From contig NIVC01000955.1 of NCBI GenBank assembly GCA_002269645.1, positions 62,001-126,000 of the forward strand: a DNA stretch of 64,000 nucleotides, in the 5' to 3' direction. Under the pieces are notes generated by a model. The model was not told the origin of the DNA. It did no database searches and saw nothing but the letters and a program-made list of their open reading frames with translations. The stretch comes from Macrostomum lignano (lineage: Eukaryota). The number at the start of each line of letters is the position of its first letter. Position 1 is the stretch's first letter. Below, one piece after another: positions 53,290 to 63,340 of this stretch. Position numbers and translations under genes: made by a program.

Positions 53290-53479
53290 TGTGAGTTTTG
53301 GTGTTCGTTGTGTTGGCTGTTTTGGGGGTTGGCCTGCGCTGGGGGTTGGGCACGCTTTTATTCACCTGAACCTATATCGATCGAAATGTACGCGCGTACA
53401 TAGTGAATGACAAATATATATATCGACTAACTTGGCCTTTGAGCCCTCGTACTGATTTTCTCGCAATTCTGGTCTTACA
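53290..53479 (+). repeat. 5' LTR (190 bp)
   Basis: TGTGAG...TTACA; differs from the 3' LTR by 2 substitutions and 2 single-base indels. Confidence 0.95.
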
Positions 53480-53480
53480 C

Positions 53481-53491
53481 TGGTGGCAGCG
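53481..53491 (+). other. Primer binding site, probably tRNA-Leu
   Basis: TGGTGGCAGCG, 1 nt after the LTR, complementary to a ...CGCUGCCACCA tRNA 3' end. Confidence 0.8.
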
Positions 53492-53518
53492 AAGCCCAAA
53501 TCAAGTTGGCAGATCAGA

Positions 53519-54353
53519 ATGGAAGAGCGAGATGAGAAGAGCAACGACGCCAGTTTGCTACCGCCCAAGTTTAGTGGCCAATCAAACGTGCACTTTTGGC
53601 TGAGCATCTTTGAAGACTTCGCCGAAGACAAGAATTGGGACGATGCAAAGCGTGCCTCCAAAGTGAAGCTCCTGCTGAGAGGGGAGGCCCAGGTCTGTGT
53701 TGGGACATGCCAGATGCCGATAAAAAGAGTTATGAGAAAATCAAGGCACTTCTTCTCCAGCAGTACGGCGGCTCTGCCAATCAGCACCGCGCCATGCAGG
53801 AGTTCCAAGGTCGACAACGCAAGAATGGCGAGTCAATCAGGGAGCTCTCGTTCGCTCTCAGGCTGCTGTACATGAGAGCCCGCCCGGATGACCCATCAAC
53901 GCTCCGTGATCGGGAGGTCAAGTTTAGAATTATCCAGCTATTAAGCGCAGGGATACGCGAAGCCCTGCTCAATGAGAGCGACTCGGATACATGCACGCTG
54001 GGCACGCTGGTCGAGAGAGCCACCAGACTGGAGCAGGTGATGAGCAAGAACACGCCCGCAAGTTCGTCTATGGTCTCCGTGGTTGACGACCGGCTGTCCC
54101 GACTCGAGCAGCAGCTGGAGACACTGACAGCTGCCGTGACAAGCGGCGCCGCTAGAGGAGGCCGCGCTGGACCAGGTGACCGTCGGCAGGCCCAGAGAAC
54201 ATCCGGTTGCTACCAGTGCGGCAAAGACGGTCACATCGCGCGCAGATGTCAACTAAAGGTTCCCACAAGCAAGGTCGGTGCTTCAACTGCTCCGGTTGGG
54301 GCCACAATGCAGCGGTCTGCCCAAGTAAAGCCCGGCCGGCGGGAAACTTCTGA
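53519..54353 (+). CDS. gag: Gypsy gag (two single-base frameshifts as assembled)
   Basis: PPKFSG...W...LRGEAQ; knuckles CYQCGKDGHIARRC and CFNCSGWGHNAAVC; ends AGNF* at TGA 54351-54353. Confidence 0.88.
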
Positions 54354-54383
54354 GGGTTGGAGGCGACGGGCCAGCCCCAACCC
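54341..54383 (+). promoter_or_regulatory. -1 programmed ribosomal frameshift signal
   Basis: Slippery G GGA AAC in the correct gag phase, 6-nt spacer, stem GGGTTGG(A)GGC / GCCCCAACCC; the -1 frame opens into the protease. Confidence 0.8.
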
Positions 54384-57300
54384 GCCAAGTAAGTGCCCAG
54401 ACTGCTCATTCTGTTTTTGTGCGTGCCCTGCTGCAAGAAAAGCCGCTCTGCTTCCTGCTCGACACTGGTGCACAGACATCCCTCATCAGCCACAGCCTCA
54501 TGCGGTCATGCGGCTTGCAGCTCGAGTCCGGGAGCAGCTGCTGTCCAACGTCAGTAGACGGTAGTCGCCTGCAGTGCCTCGGAACAGCCCGGGGAACAGT
54601 TCAAGTTGGAGAGACGACTCGATTGGACCATGTATTCAACGTCGTAGAGGGAATAAGCGTAGACCTTATCCTAGGGATGGACTTTATCGGTCGGGCAACC
54701 AGCGAGCTACGGATTAACATCAACAACAAGACTGTCTTCTTTAATGATGAGGCCGTGCCGTTTTTCACCAACAGCTCAAAAATTCAAATGGTGACCGGGA
54801 CGCTGGTGGCCCGCATTGAGTGCAACATCAACGTCCCCGCTAGGAGTGAGAAGCTGGTCTGGCTGCGAGTGAAGTCAAAAGATGAGCAGGGCGTTTTCGA
54901 GCCGAATGCGGAGTTTACTCAAGAGACCGGTCTGCTGGCATCCCGAGTTCTCGCTTTGTCCGCCGATCAGAGGATTCCCGTTCTCATGTGCAATCTGGGA
55001 TCCGAGGCAGTAACACTGTATGCCAACAAAGCAGTCGGTGAATTCGAAGCTGCTGATGTACTCGAGCCGGTTGGGAACGTGAAGGAGAAACTGAAGAACT
55101 GGGACGTGAACCCCGAACTGACAGAGCTAGAAAGAGACAAGCTGATGACCATCTTGAAAGCCAACGACGACCTGTTCAGCACTCATGAGTTTGACCTCGG
55201 CTCCACAAGCGTACTAAAGCACCACATCGAGCTCGAGCCAGGAGCACGGCCATTCAGGCAGCGCCAGCGCCCGCTCCCCCTGCCGCTGAGGGACCGAGTC
55301 GACGACAAGATTGGCCAGATGCTTGCGCACGACATCATTGAGCCGTCGAGCTCTCCATGGGCCAGCAATTTGATCGTGGTCAAGAAAAAGAACGGAGACA
55401 TCCGCATCTGCACTGACTGGCGCCAGCTGAATGCCGCTACGGTAAGGACGCCCATCCGCTCCCACACCTACAACAGTCCATGGACGCGCTCTCAGGCTGC
55501 TCTTGGTTCACGACAATCGATTGCAAGCAGGGTTTCAATCAAGTGGAAGTTGAGGAAGCCGACCGCTACAAGACGGCATTTTACTCTACCAGAGGACTCA
55601 TGCAGTTCAAGAAAATGGGATTTGGAATGTGCAACTCGCCGGCTACGTTCCAACGACTAATGGAGCTGATCATGTCTGGCCTCACATGGGAGGAGGTCCT
55701 GGTCTACGTGGATGATCTAATAGTGTTCAGTAAGAGCTTTGATCAGCATCTAGTCAGCCTTCGACGGGTTTTTGAACGGCTTCGAAGCGCTGGCCTGAAA
55801 CTGAACAAGGAGAAGTCCGTGTTTGCGTACCGTAGTGTCAAGTACCTGGGCCATGTGGTCAGCAGCGAAGGAATTCAGCCAGACCCCAGTAAGGTGGAAG
55901 CTTTATCGAAGATTAAGACGCCGAGTTCAGTTGAGGAAGTGAGGCGATTCATCGGCATGCTGGGATTTTACCGGCGATTCATCCAAGACTTCAGCAGGAT
56001 AGCCGCGCCTCTGCATGCAGCAACGCAAAAGACCGGCTTCACCTGGACGGATGAGTGTGAGAGCGCTTTCACCAAACTAAGGGAAAGGATCTGCCAGGCT
56101 CCCGTGCTTAGACTCCCAGATTTTAGCCGGCCCTTCATCCTGAGTTGCGATGCAAGCGCATTTGCAGTCGGCGCGGTCCTCAGTCAGGCACACGGAGATT
56201 CGGAACTGCCGGTCGCTTTTGCCTCAAGAACTCTGAATAAGGCAGAAAGGAACTACTCAGCTACCGACAGAGAACTGCTCGCCTTAGTCTGGAGCCTAAA
56301 ACATTTCAGGTCATACCTGTGTAACGTGAAGCACTTCACCGCGTTCACCGATCATCAGCCACTGAAGGGCCTGCTACAGACTAAGGAACCTGAAGGGCGT
56401 CTGGCGCGCTGGCTTGACACGATTCAGCAGTTCAACTTCACGCTCTGCTATCGGCCTGGTCGAGAGAATGTCGTCCCGGACATGTTGAGTCGAACCGCCA
56501 CCACTCAGCTCGACAGCAGCAGGGATCAAGACTTCCTAGAGGAACAGCAGCGCGATGCGCTTCTGCAGAGTGTCTTCAAGGCGCTCACCGAGAGACGCGA
56601 GCACCTGTCCAACAGCGGCCAGCAGAAGGTCGAGGAGTTCTTGGGCGATGACGGAATTGAGATCGGACCGCATGGCGCGCTGGTCAGGCAAGGAAAGCCG
56701 GTCGTTCCGAGCCATCTGCGAGCCGAGTTCCTGGCCGACGCCCACGATGCAGCCGCTAGCGGTCACCTCGGCGCGGACAGAACACTACAGAAGTTGCGTG
56801 AGCGCTGCTGGTGGCCAAAAATGCAGCAGGATGTCCAGAATTGGGTCGCCAGCTGTGCAGCATGCCTTCGGCACAAGAACAATAGTCGCCCTCAGCGAGC
56901 TCCACTGCAGAGTACAGCACAGCCGGCGCGACCGTGGGAGACCGTGCAAATCGACATTAAGGGGCCGTTGCCAAGGACGCCTCGAGACAACAGCTACATT
57001 CTGAGCATCTGCGACTGCTTCTCCAAATGGATGGAAACCCGTGCTCTACCAAGTATCGAAGCCGAGCGAGTTGCTGATGTTCTGGTCCATCAAGTAGCCC
57101 TACGTCACGGAGTTCCGGACACGATTCACAGTGACCAGGGCCGGCAATTTGAGAGCCAGCTGTTTCAGTCTCTGTGTGAGCAGCTCGGGATGCGGAAGAC
57201 TCGAACTTCCCCGTTTCATCCGAGTGCCAACGGCCTGGTGGAGCGCGGAAACCGCACTCTCGGTAACATGTTGGCGACGGTCGTAGCGGAAAGCCAGGAC

Positions 57301-58005
57301 GACTGGGATGTACAGCTGCCTTTTGTCACATGGGCATTCAACAGCTCTGCGCACTGTACGACTGGTCTGTCTCCGTTTCAAGTGCTACACGGTTGGCCAC
57401 CAAGACTGCCGCTTGATGTCAAGCTGCCGCACACCAACAGCGGCGCTTCGGATACTCTGGACTACGTCGAGGATGTTCAGAAACGGCTTTTGCAGAGTCA
57501 GAGGCTCGTCCACCAGAAGCTTCAGAGCGCGCAGACTGAGAGAAACGAACGATACAACAAGGACGTGCGGTTTCAGCCCTACAACCAAGGCGATCTGGTC
57601 ATGCTAAGCTGCAAGACGGTGAAGCCTGGTCGCTCCAAGAGCCTCAGCAACCGCTGGACGGGGCCCTACGTCGTTCTCAAGCGGCTGGGTGAGGTCAACT
57701 ATCGAGTGCGGCTGGCACCTGGCCTAGCGGTTCGGCGGCGTCGCAAGCTCGTGGTGCACCATGACCGCCTCAAGCCATTCGTGAAGCGGCGCGGCTCTCT
57801 GCAACTGACCGATGAGCAGCAGCCGGCTCCGGCTACCAGCACCAGTCCTGAGCAGCTGGGTGTGCCTGACGCCTGGGCTCAGCTGTCAGGCGGCAATGAC
57901 GATGACGACGGCGACACCGAAGCAGCAATCGACCCGGTCGTCCCACCAGCGCTAAGACGTTCGGTACGACAGCGGAGGCCTCCTGATTTTTATCGCCCTG
58001 AGTGA
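54341..58005 (+). CDS. pol: Gypsy pol: protease, reverse transcriptase, RNase H, integrase (one single-base frameshift near 55445)
   Basis: LLDTGA; YVDD; CDAS...TDHQPL; integrase HHCC zinc finger and D,D(35)E; C-terminal WTGPY. Confidence 0.95.
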
Positions 58006-58062
58006 ACCTTTTTTTGAACTTTTGCCATAGAGTTTTATTCCTCGTGCTTGGGGGGAAAGTGG

Positions 58063-58250
58063 TGTGAGTTTTGGTGCTCGTTGTGTTGGCTGTTCTGGGG
58101 TTGGCCTGCGCTGGGGGTTGGGCACGCTTTTATTCACCTGAACCTATATCGATCGAAATGTACGCGCGTACATAGTGAATGACAAATATATATATCGACT
58201 AACTTGGCCTTTGAGCCCTCTACTGATTTTCTCGCAATTCTGGTCTTACA
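58063..58250 (+). repeat. 3' LTR (188 bp)
   Basis: Preceded by the polypurine tract GGGGGGAAAGTGG at 58050-58062. Confidence 0.95.
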
Positions 58251-58532
58251 GTATCATAAAATATCCCATCTCAAAGTCCGAATCCAATTGTATCATAAAA
58301 TATCCCATCTCAAATTCCGAATCCCAATTGCATCATGAGAAATCCCATCTCAAAGTCTGAATCCCAATTGTATCATAAAATATCCCATCTCATAGTCAGA
58401 ATCCTAATTGTATCATAATAAATCCGATCTCAAAGTCCGAATCCCAATTGTATCACAAAAATCCCATCTCATAGTCCGAATCCCAATTGTATCATAAATT
58501 ATCCCATCTCAAATACCCACCCGGATCCCCAG

Positions 58533-59017
58533 GTGGCCTGGACTCGCGTTGACATCGGCTTAGTCGAGGCGTCCTTCTTCGTCGGCTACGCTCTCTTCAG
58601 TGTCCCCGGCGGCCTTCTGGCGTCGCGTCTATCGGCGCCTGGACGCCTTCTCGGCGCCGCTGTGCTGGCCACCTGCTCGTTGAACCTCCTGGTGCCGGCG
58701 GCGGCGCACCTGGAGCCGGCCGGCCTCGCCTTCGCTGCCGCTTCGCTGGTTCGCGCAGCCCAAGGCGCCGCCGAAGGCTGCCTGTACCCGTGCGTGCACG
58801 CCCTGTGGCGCTACTGGGCGCCAGCCATGGAGAGGTCGCGCCTGGTCACCATCTCCTTCTTCGGCATGGCTCTCGGCCCCATTGTCGGTCTGCCGTTGTC
58901 GGGCGCCATGACCGACCGGCTGGGATGGCCGGCCAACTTCTACGCCTACGGGGTCGCCGGCTGCCTCTGGGCCGCCGTCTGGCTGAGCTTGGTGCCCGGA
59001 CAGCCCGCCTGGGATCG
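58533..59017 (+). CDS. SLC17 transporter, exon 2
   Basis: SFFVGY...PGG, VRAAQGAAEGCLYPCVHALWRYWAPAMERSRL and GWPANFYAYG are SLC17 motifs; acceptor CCCCAG|GTG, donor CG|GTGCGA in phase 2. Confidence 0.92.
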
Positions 59018-59363
59018 GTGCGATGGGGATGATTATCAAACTCGAACTTGACTCCCCAGTCAGCCAATCAATCGATCTATGACAACCAATTGATCTCCAT
59101 CAAATAACTATTAGCTCAAATCTCCAATTATCCCAGATCCGAATCTCAATTAATCCCAATCCGAAATCCCCACTAATCCTAGATCCGAATCCCAATTAAT
59201 CCCAAACCGAAATCCCCGCTAATCCTAGATCCGAATCCCAATTATTCCCAACCCGAAATCCGCACTAATCCTGACCAGAATCAAAATTTATCCTAACTCA
59301 AAATCCCCACTAATCCCAGATCCGAATCCCAATTAATCCCAACTCCAAACTCCCCGCCCGCAG

Positions 59364-59647
59364 CTACATCGGGGATGCGGAGCTCCGGTACATCCTGGCC
59401 ACCAGCGCCCAATCGAGAGTCGGCAGCGCCGCGCCTTCAACAATGGGCCGGCTGCCCATCAGGTCGATCCTGACGTCGCTTCCAGTGTGGGGCATCGTGC
59501 TGGCGAACATCGGCAGGAACTGGACCTTCCAGTTCAGCACCATCGGGCTGCCAGCCTATTACGCGAAGGTGTTCAATTTGGACTCGGAGGCTGTGGGGCT
59601 TCATCTGATGGCGCCGTTTGCACTCATGGCAGCGCTGACGCCAGTAG
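59364..59647 (+). CDS. SLC17 transporter, exon 3
   Basis: YIGDAELRYI...ILTSLPVWGIVLANIGRNWTF...LPAYYAKVF; acceptor CGCAG|C, donor G|GTTAGT in phase 1. Confidence 0.9.
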
Positions 59648-59789
59648 GTTAGTAGCATAAACTTGATTGAGGAGTAATTTCTGATTATCCCAGATATACC
59701 AGAGCTATCCTGGTTCTGAGAAATACCCATTCCTAAGCTGTATACCTTTTCTAAGAAATGGCTACTTCTCAGATACACCTATTTCAAAG

Positions 59790-60235
59790 AAATATCCCAT
59801 TTAAGAACTATCTCATTTCTAAGAACCATCCCATTTCTAAGAACTATCCCGTTTCTAAGAACCATCCCGTTTCTAAGAACTATCCCGTTTCTAAGAACCA
59901 TCCCGTTTCTAAGAACCATCCAGTTTCTAAGAACCATCTCATTTCTAAGAACCATCTCATTTCTAAGAACCATCTCATTTCTATGAACCATCCCATTTCT
60001 AAGGACCATCCCGTTTCTAAGAACCATCCCGTTTCTAAGAACCATCCCGTTTCTTAGAAACATCCCATTTCTAAGAACCATCTCATTTCTAAGAAATATC
60101 CCATTTCTAAGAAATATCCCATTTTTAAGAAATATCCCATTTCTAAGAAATATCCCGTTTATAAGAAATTTTCTATTTCTAAGAAGTATCGCCTTCATAA
60201 GACGTATCAGATTTCTAAGAATTATCCCATTTTTA
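59790..60235. repeat. 18-bp minisatellite (TTTCTAAGAACCATCCCR) in SLC17 intron 3
   Basis: Tandem imperfect copies. Confidence 0.93.
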
Positions 60236-60297
60236 AGATTCAAATCACGTTGCATCCAAACCACAGTAAACCCGCCCCGCAACCGCGGCATCCCCAG

Positions 60298-60591
60298 GCG
60301 GCATCTTGGCCGACAGCCTCCGCAGCCGGTTGCTAAGCACAACATCAACCAGAAAGTTGCTGAACACTGTGGGCTTCGGCACCATGGCCTGCTGCATGGC
60401 ACTGATTGGCCTGTCCCGCAGTCCCTACCTGTCCACCAGCCTGCTCACTATTGGCTTCGGGTTCACAGGCCTAGGCATGTCCGGCTACGGAGTGAATCAT
60501 CTGGACATTGCGCCACTACTTGCCGGCTTCTTGATGGGACTGTCCAATGGCATTGGCACCGTGTCGGGTATTGCTGCTGCGATTGCTTTTG
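60298..60591 (+). CDS. SLC17 transporter, exon 4
   Basis: GGILADSLRSRLLSTTSTRKLLN...SGYGVNHLDIAP...LMGLSNGIGTVSG; the 3' boundary at 60591 (G|GTTGGG) is inferred from the alignment and could instead be 60567. Confidence 0.85.
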
Positions 60592-60639
60592 GTTGGGGAT
60601 TTTTTCGGCGGGATTTTGAAGTATGGTATGGTGTAAATT

Positions 60640-60900
60640 GGGGAATGTGCGGATTGTGGGAATCTGCAGATTGGGGAATGTGCAATTGGGGGAATGTGCA
60701 GATTGGGGAATGTACAGATTAGGGGCATGTGCAGATTGGGGGAATGTGCAGATTGGGGGAATGTGCAGATTGGGGGCATATGCAGATTGGAAAATGTGCA
60801 GATTGGGGAATGTGCAGATTGGGGGCATGTGCAGATTGGGGAATGTGCAGATTGGGGGCATGTGCAGATTGGGGAATGTGCAGATTGGGGGCATGTGCAG
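60640..60900. repeat. 17-18 bp minisatellite (GGGGMATGTGCAGATT)
   Basis: Abuts and overlaps the truncated end of the LINE relic. Confidence 0.93.
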
Positions 60901-62365
60901 GCGGTAGATTAAGGAAGGCCCCCATGCCGGCAAAGGGCGTGGACCTAGGGCGTTGCAGATGCCCTGGACCTAGTGCCCTGGATCGTGTTGAGCCAATCGG
61001 CGTGTCATTTGACCTTGGATGGCGCTTGAAAAGACAACAGAAGCGTAGTACGTAATGGCATGTCTAACCACGGAAGTGTGGATCCCACCAAAGTCGCTTT
61101 GGGGATAGACCCCAAGGAAGTGCCAAGTGCTCGCCGGAGATGGGCCAGGATGGCTGAGGCACGCTTGGCTTTTGCTTTCACGTGGAAGGACCAGTTGAGC
61201 CGGTGGTCAAGTATGACCCCGAGACATCTGGTCTGGTGCGCGAAGGCGATGTCTCTACCGTATAGCTGCAGAGGTCGTATGTTCCAGCGTATTCTGCTGG
61301 TGAACATAATGGCAACAGTTTTGGGCTCAGAGAGTTCCAGACCGTTGTCATTGGCCCAGGATTCAGCTTTGCGGATAAAGATCTGCATCAGATCCCTGAA
61401 CGTGCTGGGAGATGGCCCTGCCACAATTGCAGTGACGTCGTCAGCATACCCGACTTTAAAGACGCGGTCAGGTCGAGGGTCGCCCAGAAGAGCGTCCATG
61501 ACCAGGTTCCAGAGCGTCGGGGTGAGGACTCCGCCTTGGGGTCCACCCTTACAGACTCTGGCGGAGGCAGTTTGCCCAAGAAGTTGGGCAGTGACCGTAC
61601 GGTTAGAGATCATGTACATGATCCACCGTATGAGGGTAGCGTGAGCTTTGCGGTTTTGAAGGGTCCTCTGAAATGCTTTAAAGATGACGTTGTCGAAGGC
61701 GCCAACAATGTCAAGAAAAAGAGCCAGGGCGTAACCGTCACCCAGTACCGCCCGTTCAATCTTCTCGACTATCGCATGCAGGGCGCTGTCAGTCGACCTC
61801 CCGGTACGGAAGGCGTGCTGATTATTGTCGAGGGGCATTGCTGTCAGCTCGCATGAAAGCAGCCGCCAGAGAATGAGCCTCTCAGTGAGATTAAGCAGGG
61901 ACTTCTCTATATAGCATCTAGAGAGATGCTATATAGAGAAGTCCCTGGATTAAGCATTGCTGATGTTAAGCTAATTGGCATGAAGGCCTTGACGCTCTGG
62001 TAGTCACCCTTCCCAGGTTTGGGAATAAAGACTACCCGAGCTTCGGTCCAGCACTTAGGCACATACCCCAGCTGGATAGAGGCCCGCATGAGATTGTGGG
62101 TAAGTCTTAAGGACGAGGGTATCTTAGCTGATTCGCGAAGAAAAACAGAGTAGATACAGTACCATCGGGTCCAGGAAATTTGAAAGGTTTGAAGGTTCTG
62201 ACGGCGCGGGTGATTAAGTCTTCAGTGACAATGCCCGCCGCTAAATCCATCGAATGGTTGTGTTCCGGTCTAGCAGTGGGTACTCTCGGGAGCAATGTGC
62301 TGAGCATATTCTGAAGCACTTCTTCAGGCTCTTTTGTTAAAGAGCCATAATCTTTTGGGGTTTAG
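60892..62365 (-). mobile_element. Non-LTR retrotransposon RT fragment (LOA/R1-like), frameshifted and truncated at both ends
   Basis: FKPFKFPGPDG, VVFIPKPGK, QHAFRTGRST, FLDIVGAFD, GPQGGVLTP, GYADD, WGLSPK and RSTP.AGM..LNLPP in order; no APE domain, RNase H or 3' tail seen. Confidence 0.92.
61896..61947. mobile_element. 52-bp perfect hairpin insertion with P-like termini
   Basis: 24-bp arms CAGGGACTTCTCTATATAGCATCT, 4-nt loop AGAG, exact 7-bp TSD GATTAAG; removal restores the RT frame TSAMLNLTERLI. Confidence 0.88.
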
Positions 62366-62890
62366 ATGGGTCCCCGTCCCCAGTTAAAACTTTCTTATCC
62401 ATAGTCGGCTTCAAGGCCATGATAAAGGTTGGTGAGCCACCCTAGAAGGGGGTGGTACCCACCCGGCCACACCACCTGACCGGGTAGTAGGCCAAAAGAA
62501 CCCTCAAGGCTGGCCCGATACAAAGAGGGGGACCGCTTGCGACCGGACTACTCCCCGGCCTTCCAGCCCATCGGCACGGTCGAGCACCTTAGCCGTTAAG
62601 CAGTAGATGGTGAAGCTCGCGGGGACGAGTAACCCTGGGTCGACTTGGGCGACAGCGTCGGGGAGTCTGAGGCTGCTGGAGACAAAATAGGGGGTGCAGA
62701 CTCCCACCAGCCTTAACCTGGTGATGATAGAGGCAGGCGTGAAGCGGCGCAGACCGTAGCCCATAGGCCTACTCTGTCTCATAATTCACTGGCGTGCTCA
62801 ATACGCCTTTGCAAGCTCTGAAATGGAGAGTGGCTGATAGACTCTTATCTCACGTACATCTTCGCTACTGACCTCTGATCGTCTCTTTAG

Positions 62891-63213
62891 GTGCCTTATC
62901 TTTTCACTTTCACTTATTGCACTTGGTGACCTAACCTCACCTCGTTTTGGCGTTCTTCTACTTTGCTTCTTTTTATGTGGCTTATATTCCTGCGGATTTT
63001 CAAATATTCAAATTAATGTTGCCGCGCACCTTCAATCCGACACTTTCCAATCTTTCTGTAAGGTACTTCGAAGTAGTTCCGGAAAACTTGAGCCTCCAAA
63101 ATTTCCAAGAAACAGAACGCCATTTCTTCCAGAAGTGGTCCTTGACAACAGCTTGTGCAATTACGGTTGGGCTCCTTAAGAGCACCAGCCAAGGCGCAGA
63201 ATGTAATTTATGA
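62891..63213 (+). CDS. Probable terminal exon of the SLC17 transporter (last TM helix and tail)
   Basis: CTGAC/CTGAT branch motifs and TCTCTTTAG acceptor in phase 1; LIALGDLTSLVLAFFYFAS has the same LIA-to-FAS spacing as VGLUT LIASLVHYGGVIFYGVFAS. Confidence 0.5.
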
Positions 63214-63340
63214 TATTTATGAATTTATGAAGAGCAATTATTAGTTTCTGACAATCGTTTATTAATTTCGCAGTTGATTGGTTTTTTTCAAGTTAACTTA
63301 AAATTTGCGAATAAACAGATCGCTGCTATAATGCGCTAAA

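Larger units (their letters stand above)
53290..58250 (+). mobile_element. Full-length Ty3/gypsy LTR retrotransposon (4961 bp) in SLC17 intron 1
   Basis: TG...CA LTRs, 4-bp TSD GTAT, PBS, PPT, gag with two CCHC knuckles, pol in PR-RT-RH-IN order, no env. Confidence 0.97.
52865..58515. repeat. 40-bp minisatellite (AATCCCAATTGTATCATAAAATATCCCATCTCAAAGTCCG) split by the gypsy element
   Basis: Copies at about 52865-53289 and 58251-58515. Confidence 0.93.
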
